Shown piece by piece: positions 37,681-51,210 of a stretch of DNA of 64,000 bases. The first letter of the stretch is position 1. Every line of letters starts with the position of its first letter. The stretch covers positions 97,367,064 to 97,431,063 of the forward strand of contig NC_092371.1 in assembly GCF_030028105.1 (NCBI RefSeq). The letters are read 5' to 3'. A program made the translations under genes and the position numbers. This DNA comes from Mobula birostris (taxonomy: Eukaryota). The notes beneath the pieces were generated by a model, which ran no database searches, was not told where the DNA came from, and saw nothing but the letters and a program-made list of their open reading frames with translations.

Positions 37681-38519
37681 GTCAGTTCAAGTCAGGTCAA
37701 GTTTATAGCCATTTAACTATATACATGGATACTGTCAAATAAGACAGCATTTCACCAAACCAGGGTGTAAAGTACTGTAGTATACATAACACACATTACA
37801 TATTATAACTTATGAAAGTACAGATGAAATCTACAGATGGATTACATATAAATAAACAAACTAAAGTGCACAAATTAAATATTGTAAGGTACAGAACAGA
37901 TTAACCAGTGACACTTTGCAGGCAGTATGACAGGAATTTCAGAAGCCGAATGACCTGAGGGAAGAAACCGTTTCCCATCCGAACTGTTCTAGTTTTTTAT
38001 GCATTGGAGTCTCCTGCCTGATGGTGTAAAATCAAAGAGGATGCTGGATGGATGGGTGGGTGGGACCCTTGATAATACTGTAGGGTTCTCAGTAATATTA
38101 GCTGGACTGTTACCTGTTAATTGCCTATTACAAAATGGCTTCTCTGAAGTGATAAACTAAAATGCTCTCTCATACTGTTAACTGCTGAGTAAGGAATTCT
38201 CTGTGGCGGTATGTTTGGGTTATAGTTAGTGATACTGGAAATTGTATTCATTTGCTAGCCAATGGAAGTCATGTTATGCTATCTCATATGTGTGTGCTCA
38301 GCTGAGGATCGGGAGCTATTTCGGGAGGCGAGCGGAGAGAACGGACGTGCAGGGAATGGACAGCGGTTCCAGGGCAGCAGATACCAGACCTCGGGGGTTC
38401 AGATGGTGGCCGGAGTCTCGGAAGGACGTTGTGGATGGAATCAGATGCATGAGCTCCAACATATTAAAATATTATGTGCACAAGACTGATAAGTTACCTA
38501 TGTGGCGCCTTTTCTTTTA

Positions 38520-39060
38520 GTTGTTGCTACTAACCCATCACCAAAAATTGCTATAAAGTATATCTGTGACAGGAACTCCCAGGAACCAGGTACACTTAAC
38601 TCCCTCTGTGGAGGAGACATACAACCACAGAGGGGGACAGTTCATCTGCACCTTCTTGAAGTCCACAATGATTTCCTTTGGTGATCCCCACTTTTAGACT
38701 TAGATTGTTCTTCTCACACTGGTCCATTCGCCACTCTACTTCCGCTCTGTACTCTGACTCAACATTTGAGGCCAACCACGACTGCGTCATCTGTAAGCTT
38801 GATGACATAGTTTGAGCTGAATCCTGTGACACAGTCACGGGTTGGCAGTGTGAACAGAAGCAGGCTGAGCATACCACCCTGAGGAGTGTGAGTGTTCAGC
38901 ATAATGGAACTAGAAACATTGCTTGCCCACACGGACTGATTGTGGTTTTACCATTAAGAAGTCCAGGATCCAGTTGCAGAGGCAGATGTTGAGGCCCAGT
39001 GAGGACAGTTTCCCCACCAGCTTCTGGGGTATGATGGTTTTAAATGCTGAACTGGTTGAT
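38520..39060 (-). mobile_element. Rex1/Babar RT fragment
   Basis: PQGGMLSLLLFTL, FKLTDDA and W...NLSL.V.KT-like codons. Confidence 0.6.
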
Positions 39061-39104
39061 GTTAATGCCACTGAATGATAGTCAATTAGGCTGACTACTC
39101 CTCA

Positions 39105-39490
39105 CTTTCTTTGGCACAGAAATCAATAAGTGAAATACACCAGAAATATACTGAATTAAAAAGGAAATTGAAAGACTATAGAACATGAACAAGGTATACA
39201 TTGTCTCAATAGTAATATCTACAACAGGTATCATCCCAAAGGCACTACACAATTAGGTCTATTCAGCAATACTTATGTTAACTTTCAGAAAGCCACAATA
39301 CTAAACATGATGAGAATAGTCAGAAGTTTTTAGCAATTGAGGGATGAGTGTACTGGCTATGCCCATCCCTCAGGTTTTACCAACTTGAGCTGAAAAAAAT
39401 TAAAATATAATAATAATAAGTAGAAGTATCCACCACTAAACTTAAATGAGAGCACAACCCAAAAATCCACAATTTTTCATTTTTATTGAT
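39105..39490 (+). mobile_element. R4/Dong 3' fragment, copy 2
   Basis: Matches 42255-42560 (EIERLW.MNKVYIV.IVISTTG.IP region). Confidence 0.7.
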
Positions 39491-39620
39491 TCTGAGTGCA
39501 TGGTATTTGTGGCCTTTGTGTGGATGAGTCCACGAATAATGAATATTTTCGTGCAATAGTGCAGTCATTTTGGCAAATCAAAATTATTGCTTTCTTAAAT
39601 CGAATCTCGAAATTAGCATT

Positions 39621-39658
39621 TAGTCCTGACGAAGGGTCTCGGCCTGAAACGTCGACTA
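39621..39658 (+). ncRNA. Minimal type I hammerhead ribozyme motif in a Penelope pLTR remnant
   Basis: TAGTC-CTGACGA-A-GGGTCTCGGCCT-GAAAC-GTC-GACTA. Stem I TAGTC/GACTA, intact core, short stem II, palindromic ACGT stem III. Confidence 0.7.
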
Positions 39659-40719
39659 GAGATGCTGCCTGGCCTGCTGCGTTCACCAGCAACTTTTATG
39701 TGTGTTGTTAGCAGTTAGTGCTCAGGCAAGATTTTCATTCATGTGGCATAAGTTATGGAGCAATCAGAATTCAGCAGAAATAAATTCTGCAGCTTATTAA
39801 ACTTCAGCATTTACTTTTATTGTCTGAACATGGGTGGCTGATTCTCTTGGTTAAAAGAACCACAGATCAATAATCCATCAATTAGGTATCTGTCAGCACA
39901 ATAACTTAGTTGTGTTCCATGACTTGGTACACAGAATCACATGAGGCTATTCTGCCCCTTAAAACTGTGATAGCATTCTATTAGATGATGGATAACCTGT
40001 AACTATTCCATATATCTACTTTTCCTACATAAACTACTACCCTTAGTTAAAAAAGATCAATCAATCTCAGATTAATCATTAACAATAGACCCAATAACAA
40101 CTAGTAACACAAGAGTGAAGAACGGAATCTGGGGTAACAAATAAGATGTTGAGACCTTTCATCAGGACAGGACAAGCATAACTGATACTTGCTGAAGAGA
40201 ATTCCAAATGTATCTTAACTAAATAACCTGGTCATAACTATTAGACAATACTTCATGGTCTAAGATTTCCAAACTAGTTTCTCTAAATGGCTTGAATATT
40301 TCAATCAAAGCATTACTTTCCAAATTGTAAAGAAAGTAAATTTAGTTCTTCTGGAGACTAAATATCAAACTGGTGGGATAACAGTGCACAGCCTCCTAAG
40401 CCAATGTACTCCTCCCCTAGTGTGGTACTTGGAAATGAATTACCTACATTTATATTATCAATCTTGAAAAGTTCAAAGTTCAAATTAATTTTGTTATCAA
40501 AGTATATACATGTATATGTCACCATATGCCCTGAAATTCATTTTCTTGCAAGAATCATAGTAAATACAAGAAACACAATAGAATTAATGAAAGAATATTC
40601 CTAACAGGACAGACAACCAATCAATGTGCAAAAGACAACAAACCGTGCAAATACCAAAATAAAAGAAATTATTTAATAATAATATCTTTCATGCTGCTTT
40701 CTTGCCCACCAGAAGGCAT

Positions 40720-42560
40720 TTGACTCTGCACCACACTCATGCTTGATAGAAGTTCTTAATATATATAAACTACACCCAATACTTGTGAAATTCCTGCAAT
40801 ATCTAATGAAGCATTGTGTACTGTAATTACTGTATCCATTAACAACCAAGAAAGAACAACCACCATTATCAAAATAAACCGAGGTATTTTCCAGGGTGAC
40901 TCTTTAAGTCCACTATGGTTCTGTCTAGCTTTAAAACTGCTCTCTAATTTACTGAATTAGACAAAAATTAGGTATCAAACCAGACACAACAAAATGAGCT
41001 ATACCCTTGCACCCCTTCCATACATGGAATATTTGAAATTACTCCTTCATCAGTTAAGCTAAAGCAATTAATTCAAATAGTAGGACATTTTTTTAAGGAT
41101 ATAAGCATGGACTTTGGACAGGATAAATGCAGAACATTAAATTTAAAGAAAGGTGCAATAGAGTTAATAGAATATAAAACAGAGCAGCAGGATACAATAC
41201 AATTCATGGATGATCGTGAAACATATAAGTATCCGCAATATCATTAAGGAAAGAAAACAGATCATAGTATGATAAAGGAAAAACTTTTGACAGAATTTAT
41301 TTCAAGGCTTAAGAAAATCTGTCAAACAGAGCTTAATAGTAAAAATATAACAAAGGCAATAAATATCTTTGCTCTACCTATATTAATGTATTATTTTAGC
41401 ATAATATCATGGTCCAAAATCTATCTGGAAAATTACAAAGAAAAATAAGAACTGAAATGACAAATTTCAGAAAACATTATGTACACTCGAACACGCTTGG
41501 ATTAACACTGCCTAGCACAGAAGGGGGAGGATGAATAACAGACATTAAAAGTCTACACAACAGTCAGATAAAACTTCAAAGGCTATACTTACATTAATGA
41601 TAACAGGAATCAGCACCACGCAAGCATATGCAATTCTGATAAGTACACACCACTAAACTTAAATGAAAGCACAACCCAGAAAAATGAAGACATTATCACT
41701 ATTGAAGAAAAAGATTAACCAATGGAGGAGCATGACCATCCATGGAAAACATCCCTATGATCTGAGCAGACTAAATGTTGACAAGGAAGCATTGACTACG
41801 TGGCTCAGAGTTAGAGACTTCTTCCCAGAAACAGAAGGGTTCCTAGTGGCAATACAGGACCAGATAGCAAACATAAAAAATTATGAAAAATACGTAATAA
41901 AAGACCAAGATGATAAATGTAGAGACTGCCAAGAAAAAAAACAGAAACAACACAACACATTCCATGATCCCAGAGCAGCTTAACACAATATCATTACCTA
42001 CACAGGCACAATCAAGTGGCAAACATTATTCATCAAAATCTTGCTTTAAAATATAAATTGAAATACAAACTCATAAATGAAATCACACATTGGTATAAAT
42101 ACAAGCCGGATCTGGTTTTAGAGTAAGAATACCCCAAATTATATTATGACTGATCAGCTATTTCTGATAGAGGAATCCATAACAACTGTCCAGATATAAT
42201 AGTATAGGGTAAACAAGCAAGAACAACTTATTTAATAGATAAAGCCATTTCAAACACACAGAAATCAATAAGTGAAAAAGACCAGAAATATGCTGAATTA
42301 AAAGAGGAAATTGAAAGACTTTGGAATATGAACAAGGTATACATTGTCCCAATAGTAATATCTACAACAGGTGTCATCCCAAAGGCACTACACAATAGCA
42401 TTAAACAATTGGGGCTACATAGCAGTATCTTTGTAAATCTTCAGAAAGCCACAGTACTAAACACCACTAGAATAGTCTGAAAGTTTCTAGCAATTAAGAA
42501 ATGAGTGTGCTTGGCTGTGCCTGTACCTCAGGCTTCGCCAGCTTCAGCTGAGAAAAAATA
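40720..42560 (+). mobile_element. R4/Dong (Rex6-like) element with restriction-like endonuclease, decayed copy 3
   Basis: RGIFQGDSLSPLWFCLAL, ETEGFLVAIQDQ, the CRxC knuckle DKCRDCQE, RHNQVA, (N)CPDI and EKxxKY. Confidence 0.8.
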
Positions 42561-44149
42561 AAAAGATTAATAACAAATACACAATAAATATCAAGAACAT
42601 GAGGTGAAGAGTCCTTGAGTCCTTAGGTAGTGGGAAAAGTTCAGCGATGTTATCTCCTCTTGTTGAAAAGCCTGATGGGTGAGGGTTAATAATTGTTCCT
42701 GAACCTGTGGTGTGGGTCCTGACGCTCTGTATGTGAAATATAATATGTGATCTATTTCCTTGAGACCATTGTCTGAACAGAGCCATTTTAACCCATCGAG
42801 TCAATGCCAGCTCACAGCAGAATTCCATTTCCAATTAATTGTTCCAGTAAAGCATTCTTCCTTGGCTCTGGGTTCCCGATGCATTGGCAACATCTTCTTT
42901 GTATCACGATTGCCTTCTCCTGTGGTGATCTTACAGGTTCCTATGAGATTCCCCTTCACTCTTCAAAACTCCAGTGAATAATAGACCTGATCAATCCAAT
43001 GTCTTCTCATACATCAATCTAACTATCCTAGTAAACCTCTGCTGCACACATAAATTGTTGAAAGGGGATTTACTTGCTGATTTCTAAACATGTTGTTAGA
43101 TTTTGTGTGTCACCAATAGTGATAATGAGTGAGAAATTTCAGGGAAAGCATACAAGAGATTCTGCAGATTGTGAAAATCTTCAGCAACACACATGAAATG
43201 CTGAAGGAATTCTCAACAGGTCAGGCAGCAACTACAGGGAGAAACAGTCGATGTTTTAGGGCAAGACCCTTCATCAGGACTGCATTCCCTCCATAACAAG
43301 ACTACTCTTCCTCAGGACAAGGAGACCAAAACTGTACACAATGTCTAATGGGGCCCTGTGCAGGTGCTGCAAGATATCTATGATCCTGTATTCAAATCCT
43401 CTTGCAATGAAGGCTAATGCACCATGTGTCATTAGCACTAACTCATATAGTTACTCTGACTCTCTGCACATGACTATTACATTACCTGAAGCATCCCTTA
43501 CTGACCTTGCATTCATTTGTCATTTGACAGCTCAGTGTTACATCTAAAGAACTAAACAACTCTGTGAAATTAAACCACTAATCAGACATAAAAAGTACAA
43601 TGTCTGTTGGCATATCAATTACAAGGTTTTAGTTTTAATGAACTAGGCTAATTTAACCCTTGAGTACCAGCACTGATCTGCATTGGTGAATCAAAGACTT
43701 CATTTCCTACTTTTCAAATGTTCTCTCACCCTTTCCATTCACTGTGCTTTGGGTGCATCTTTGCTGTCATAGTGACACCACTAAGAATGAGTGAATATTG
43801 ACAGAAAACATTTCAGCAGGGTAACACTGTCAGCTTTTTGTGTGTAGATTTGTTTTGTTTTTTTTCTGTCACCAATTCTTGCAATAATTCTTAAAATCTC
43901 TTCAAGTCATGTTCAGAGTTCTGCAATCATCAACCCTGTGAGTGCACATGACTGCAAGTTTCTTAAGAGATTCTTTAATAAAATTGTCCAAATCCGTCAC
44001 CTACTTTCCCAGAATTCCACATATGGAGATTTGGAAAAATGGGTCGAAAAATAGCAGATGGATTTTAAACACAAGAGATTCTGCAGATGCTGGAAATCCA
44101 GAGTAACATGCACAAAATGCTGGAGGAACTCAGCAGCACAGGTGTAAGA

Positions 44150-44850
44150 GGGGATCCAGAAAGTGCAATGGAATAAAAGGAGGAGTGGAAGGGGCAATTC
44201 ACCAGAAGTGGTGACTTTATGGGATTTAATGCGGACTAGTGAGAGTTGTTGTACTTTGGGAGGACAAACCGGGGTAGGACTTATCCAGTGAACAGTAGGG
44301 CACAGAGGGCTGCAGAAGAAGAAAGGAGGTTGGCAATGTAGTTCAATAATACTTTGGAAGTAGCATCACAGATAACCAGGGTCATTAGGAGAGCTTCTGG
44401 CAAATTTGCCTTCATAAATCAGAGATTTGAGTAAAGAAGTCAGCATGTTGCGTTGAAGTTGTATAAAATGTTGGTGAGGCCATATTTGTGGCATTGTGTA
44501 CAGTTCTGGTCACCCTTTTACAGGAAAGATGTCAATAACCTTGAAAGAACACATTTACATCGATGTTGCCAGGAATTGAGGACCTGAGTTCTAGGGAGAG
44601 GTTGAACAGGTTAGGATTTATTACCCTGGAGTAGAGGAGAATAAGGAGAAATCTTACAGAGGTATACAAAATTATGAGGGGTACAAATATGGTGAATGCA
44701 TGCAAGCTTTTCCCCCTGAGGTTGGGTGAGAATAGAACTAGAGGTTGTAGGTTTCGGGTGAAAGGTTGTATATTAAGGAGAATCTGAGGAGGAAATTATT
44801 TCACTCAGAGGAAGGGCGAATGTGGAACAAGCTGCCACTGGGAGGAGTTA
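44150..44850 (+). mobile_element. CR1 3' fragment
   Basis: Decayed ..LVRPYL..CVQFWSP.. and ..RGNLTEVYKIMRG.. codons. Confidence 0.7.
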
Positions 44851-45062
44851 CAGGAGCCTGAATATTCACTATCAATGATTTAGGATTATCTTCTTCTCCT
44901 CCACCATCAGGTTTCTGAACAGAACATGAACACTACTTCATTACTCCTTATTTTTGTCCTGTTTGTTTTATAAATTAAGATAATTTTATGTTTTTGCATT
45001 GCACTGCTGCTGCAAAACAACAGATATCACATCATATAAGACAGGGATAATAAATATGATTC

Positions 45063-45630
45063 TGACAATCTAATGATGCATACAACTTGCTCAGAATTGA
45101 AAAGACGCTGTTTTAATCAATCCTAATGTGATTTAAAATACTTTCCAATATTTTCCAATGATAAAATGGATGATCATTCTTCTCTTCAATTTTAGAGATC
45201 TGAAGGATATCTCAGCATTTCATTTAATAGTCTTAAGAAGCTCTCAAATGTTGTCCTTGGCTCCTCATAATGCTTAACAAATACATCACTAATTTTGCTA
45301 AATCAATAACTTATTAATTCTTATTTCTTAATGACCTGCTGATGGCTATGACTTTTGACACCTTAGCCTCATTTCTTCGCCAATCAGTTGTTGTTTTTAT
45401 AGGCTTAGTTGATATACCGCATACTCATACCATATTAATGTTACCAATTCTTCCTAAATGGAAAAAATAATGATGAGATATATAGAAAATAATTATAGTT
45501 TTACGATATTTTGTTTCCTCAATTAAGAGATTTTTCTTTAATAAATTTGCTGCAAGTTTTCTAAAGAACCTCATAATCATTTTTCTTAATTTTGTCTCTT
45601 CATTTTTGAGTACCATTCCATTTTCTTTTA
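45063..45630 (-). pseudogene. Decayed coding-like segment of unknown origin
   Basis: About 105 codons with one TGA (KENGMVLKNEETKLRKMIMRFFRKLAANLLKK...VCGISTKPIKTTTDWRRNE), then frameshifted HYEEPRTTFESFLRLLNEMLRYP. Confidence 0.45.
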
Positions 45631-45703
45631 CAGTACTATGCAAAAGTCTTGGGCACCCTAGTTTTATATATGTGCCTAAGCTTAAGATCTTTGTATTTCA
45701 CTG
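45631..45703. mobile_element. Tc1/mariner-type MITE
   Basis: CAGT...ACTG termini flanked by TA on both sides. Starts CAGTACTATGCAAAAGTC. Confidence 0.55.
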
Positions 45704-45819
45704 TACATCTGCATAATTTACGGTAGTCTGCGTAATCCCAGCTATTTTTAATTCACTGAAAATTTTGCCCACTTACTTTTTTGCCCACTTACTTTTTTCA
45801 TTTAATCTTTTCAACCATT

Positions 45820-46850
45820 ATCTTTAGATTTGATTCAACTTTATTGTCATTGTTCCGAGTACAGATACAAAGTCAATGAAATGCAGTTAGCATCTGACCA
45901 GAAATGCAAAGAATAGTCTTATTTATAAAATAAATGTGAATGAAAAGTAAGTGCTACAGCACACAAATATAAATGTACTGAGACAGTACAGTATAGGTGC
46001 AATACTGCTTAGCACTGTGATGTGAGATTCAACGGGGTCACAGCCTCAGGAAAGAAGTTCTTTCTGAGCCTGCTGGTGCGGGAGCAGAGGCTCCTGTAGT
46101 GCCTACAGGATGGGAGGAGAGTAGAAAGTCCATGGTTAGGTTGAGATGCATCCTTGATAATGCTTTTCACCCTGCCCAGGTAGCATTTATGGTAGATGTT
46201 CTCAATGGTGGGCAATTGGGTGCCAATATTCCGCTGGGCAGTTTTCACCACACGCTGGAGTGCTTTGTGGTCTGATGCAGGACAATTGCCATACCACACT
46301 GATATGCAGTTGGTGAGTATGCTTTCAATGGTACAGCAGTAAAAGTCTGTCAGTATTCTGGGACACAGGTGAGCTTTCTTCATGCTCCGCAGGAAATAAA
46401 GGCGCTGTTGTGCCTTTTTGATCAGGATGGAGGAGTTCACGGACCAGGTGAGATCCTCGGAAATGTGGACACCAAGGAATTTGAAGCTTGATACATGCTC
46501 CACTACAGCTCCGTTGATGTAGATGGGGACATGAGTGTGGCTCCTAGCATGCCTGAAGTCCACAATGATCTCCTTGGTCTTCTGGGTGTTCAGGGCCAGG
46601 TTGTTGTTGGCACACCACGTGGCCAGGTGCTGAACCTCGTCCCTGTAGACCGTCTCGTCATCCCCTCTAATCAGACCAACCACCTTGGTGTCGTCTGCGA
46701 ACTCGATTATGGAGTTAGAACCATGTACAGCAATGCAGTCATAGGTGAAAACAGAGTACAGAAGAGGGCTCAGCACACAGCCTTGAGGCACGCCGGTGTT
46801 CAGGGTGAGAGTGGAGGAGGAGAGGTTGTCTAACTTAACTGAATGGGTAA
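45820..46850 (-). mobile_element. Rex1/Babar LINE RT 3' half
   Basis: ORF 46009-46983 contains GVPQGCVLSPLLY, FADDTKVVGLI and KKAQQRLYFLR. Confidence 0.88.
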
Positions 46851-46979
46851 AGAAACTTGCATTTGTATAAACCCAAGTATGAAAGGAATAATATATGAGG
46901 AAAGCGCAGGATATAAATATCTCAAAGAGGAAGAAGCATTCTAAATGCAGGATGACACAACTGTCGCTGACAAAGGCGG

Positions 46980-49950
46980 TCAAAGCTTTGTCAAAGCTAA
47001 TGAGAGAGCATATAATAGAACAAGAATTAGTGGGAAGTTAGAGGACTGGGGAGCTCTCTAAAAACCAACAGAAGGCAACTAAGAATTCATAATAAAGGAA
47101 AAGATGAATAAGCTAGTCAATAATATTAAAGAGGATACCAAAAGTTCTTCAGAAACATAAAGTGTAAGAGAGAGACGGGAATAGATATCGGACCACTGGA
47201 AAATGATGCTGGTGAAGGTAGTAATGTGGACCAGGAAATAGTGGACAAATTGAATAAGTATTTTGCATCGGTCTTCACTGTGGAAGACACCAGTTGCATT
47301 CTGGAAGCACGGAAATGTGTGTGAAGTTGCCATTACTCTGGAGAAGGTTCTTGGGAAATTGGAAGGTCTGAAGGTAGATAAGTCACCTGGACCAGATGGT
47401 GTACACACCAGGATTCTGAAAGAGCTGGCTGAAGAGATTGTGGAGGCATTAGTAGTGATCTTTCAAGATTCAATTGATTCTGGCATAGTTCCAGAGGAAT
47501 GGAAAATGCAAATGTCACTCCACTCTTCATGAAGAGAGAGAGCCAGAAGAAAGGAAATTGTAGGCCAGTTAGTCTAACCTCAGTGGTTGGGAAGATGTTG
47601 GAGTTGATTGTTAAGGATGTGGTTTTGGGTATTTGGAGACACATGATAAAAGAGCCATTAGTCAGCATGGTCTCCTCAAGGGAAAATCTTGCCTGACAGA
47701 TCTTTTGGAATTCTTTGATGAAATACCAAGCAGGATAAACAAAGGAGAATCAATGGATGTTGTGTACTTGGATTTTCAGTATGATTTTGACAATATGCCA
47801 TACATGATATTGCTTAACAAATTAAGAGTCCATGGCATTACAGAAAGATACTCGCATTAATAGAGCAGTGCCAGATAGGCTAGAGGCAAAGGGTTTTCTG
47901 ACTGGCTGCCGGTGACCGGTGGTTCCACAGAGGCCTGTTTTGGGACCACTTTTTTCTACATTTTATGTCAATGATTTGAATGACAGAATTCAATAGGTTC
48001 ATTTAATGTCAGAGAAATGTGTACAGTATACATCATGAAATTCTTTTTCTTCGCAAACATACATGAAAACAGAGGAATGCTCCAAAGAATGAATGACAGT
48101 TAAACATTATAACCCCAAAGCCCCCACCTCAGCTCCCCCCTCTCACGCTCAAGCAGCAGCAAGGTAATGACCCCCTCCAACACCCACCAACAAAAAAGCA
48201 CCAGTGCCCTCCACTGAGCATTCAAGCATGCAGCAAGTCATCAATAAAGACACAGACTTGCAGTACCCCAAGAATTGATAGCATTGTTGCCAAGTTTGCA
48301 GATGATATGAAGATAGGTGGAGGGGCAGGTAGTTTTGAGGAAGTAGAGAGGGTACAGAAAGACTTGGACAGATTCAGAGAATGGACAAAGAGAGTGGCAG
48401 ATGGAACATAGTTTCGGAAAGTGTACAGTTATGCACTTTGGTAGAAGGAATAGAAATGTAGACTATTTTCTAAATGGATAGAATATCCAAAATTCTGAGG
48501 TGCAAAGAAACATAGAAACATAGAAAACCTACAGCACAATACAGGCCCTTCGGCCCACAAATTTGTGCTGAACATGTCCCTACCTTAGAAATTACTAGGC
48601 TTACCCATAGCCCTCTATTTTTCTAAGCTCCATGTACCTATCCAAAAGTCTCTTAAAAGACCCTATCGTATCCGCCTCCACTACAGTTGCCGGCAGCCCA
48701 TTCCACACACTCAGCACTCTCTGCGTAAAAAACTTACTCCTGACATCTCCTCTGTACCTACTCCCCAGCACCTTAAACCTGTGTCCTCTTGTGGCAACCA
48801 TTTCATTCCTGGGAAAAGACCTCTGACTATGCACACCATCAATGCCTCTCATCATCTTATACACCTCTATCAGGTCACCTCTCATCCTCCGTCACTCCAA
48901 GGAGAAAAGGCCAAGTTCACTCAACCTATTCTCATAAGGCATGATCCCCAATCCAGGCAACATCCTTGTAAATCTCCTCTGCACCTTTTCTGTGGTTTCC
49001 ACATCCTTCGTGAGGCGACCAGAACTGAGCACAGTCCTCCAAGTGGGGTATGACCAGGGTCCTATACAGCTGCAACATTACCTTTCTGCTCCTAAATTTA
49101 ATTCCATGATTGATGAAGGCCAATACACTGTATGCCTAAGTAACCACACAGTCAACCTGTGCAACTGCTTTGAATGTCCTATGGACTCGGATCCCAAGAT
49201 CCCTCTGATCCTCCACACTGCCAAGAGTCTTACCATTAATACTATATTCTGCCAAGGAGACTTGGAAGTCCTTGTATAGGATTCTGTAAAGGTTAAATTG
49301 TAGGTTGAGTTGGTGGTGAAGAAGCAAATGCAATATTAGCATTCATTTCAAGAGGACCAGAATATAAAAGCAAAGATGTAATGTTGAGACTTTATAAATC
49401 ATTGTTGAGTCCTCACTTGGAGTATTGTGAGCAGTTTTGGGCCCCTTATCTAGGAAAGGATGTGCTGACATTGGAGAGGTTTCAAAGGAGGTTCACAAAA
49501 ATGATTCCAGGATTGAAAGGCTTGTCATATGAGAAGAGTTTGATGGCTCTGGGCCTCTACTGATTGGAATTCAGAAGAATAGGGGGTGACCTGATTGAAA
49601 CCTATGGAATGGTGAAAGGCCTTGATAGAGTGGATGTTGGGAGATGTTCCTATGGAGGGGGAGTCTAAGACCAGAGTACCTAACCTCAGAATCGAGGTGC
49701 ATTTTCTTAGAATGGAGATGAGGAGGAATTTCTTCTGTGGAATTCATTGCTATAAGTGGCAGTGGAGGCCAAGTCATTGGGTATATTGAAGGCAGAGTTT
49801 GATAGATTCTTGATTAGTCATGGCAAGAAAGGATAGAGGGAGAGGGCAGGAGATTGGAGTTGAGAGGGAAAATGGATCAGCCATGATGAAATGGCAGTGC
49901 AGATTCAATAGTCCAAATGCTCTTATATCTTATGGTCTGATGTTCTTACT
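46980..49950. mobile_element. Nested cluster of CR1 fragments (+ 46980-48500 with an insert, - 48505-49255, + 49255-49950)
   Basis: [26 protein letters not shown] and RGDLIEVYK segments in both orientations. Confidence 0.8.
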
Positions 49951-50279
49951 TGAAGGCACTGATGCAGATCAGGACATGAGAAGCACAGTGGAGCTGCTGG
50001 TGGAGATGGTGCCTCTCAGTACCGGAGACCTTGGTTTGATCTTGACTTATAATGCTGTCAAAGTTGAAAGTTTAATGTAAATTTTATTATCAAAGAGCAC
50101 ATATGTTACTAACTTGAGATTAATTTTCTTGCAGGCATTTATAGGAAAATAAAGAACTACAGTACAATAGAATAGATGAAAAATTATACTTAAAGATTGA
50201 CAAACTAATGTATAAAATCATGCAAATAAAAATAATGCTGAGAACATGAGTTGTAGAGTCCTTGAAAGTGCATCTTTCA

Positions 50280-51210
50280 AAAAGGGACTGTATTGGCTCC
50301 CTTACTGTTTATCCTGTATACCTCAGGTTTTAGATACAACACTGAGTCATGTCATCTGCAGAAATCTCTGATGACTCGGCAATAGTTGGGTGTATAAAGG
50401 GAGGACGGGAGGATGGATACAGGGCCCTGGTGAAGAACTTTTTCAAATGGTGCAGGCTGAACCATCTGCTGCTCAAAATCAGGGAGACAAAGGAGATGGT
50501 GAAGGACTTTAGGAAGACTGAACTTGCACTGCTCCCTGTTACCATTGATGGTGAGAACGTGCATGTGGTGAGGATCTACAAATATCTGGAGGTGAAGCTG
50601 GCTGGCAGGCTTGAGTGGAGCACCAACACAGAGGCAGTGTACAAGAAGGGCCAGAGTTGCCTCTACTTCCTGAGGAGGCTGAGGTCCTTTGGAGTATGCA
50701 GGTTTCTCCTTCACATATTCTATCAGTCTGTTGTCACCAGTACATTCACTATGTAGAGGTGGGCTGGGACAATATCATCAACATAGGTGATGCCAATAGG
50801 CTCAATAGACTGATTAGAAAGGCTGGCTCTGTTATAGGACTCAAACTGGACACACTGGAGGCTATGGTAGAATGAAGGACACTACGGAAAATGCTGGCAA
50901 TTCTGGACAATGTTTCTCACTCTCCGCATGCCACTTTGGCTGAACAGAGAAGCACTTTTAGTAATAGACTAAGATAACTGCTATGCTCTCGAGAGTGCTA
51001 TATGAGGTCATTCTTACCCTCAGCTATTAGGCTCTATAAGGAGTCAACCTATAGCTGGGGAAGTGATGACTCCTTCTTGTTAGACTTCTTGTAGTAACTT
51101 ATTTTTTATTCCTTCTACTTCTCTTCTAATATTTATATCTGTGTACTTGTAATGCTACTGTCACACTGTAATTTCCTTTGAAATCAATAAAGTACCTATC
51201 TATCCATCTG
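50280..51210 (+). mobile_element. Rex1/Babar LINE 3' fragment
   Basis: SDDSAIVGCI, KGQSCLYFLRRL and DANRLNRLIRK. Sibling of 22375-23362. Confidence 0.8.

Noticed and set aside
45300-45430. In-frame TGA read as Trp (Mollicute or mitochondrial code, horizontal transfer)
   Set aside because: The same segments also contain TAA/TAG stops and frameshifts. Ordinary decay (TGG or CGA to TGA) explains them.
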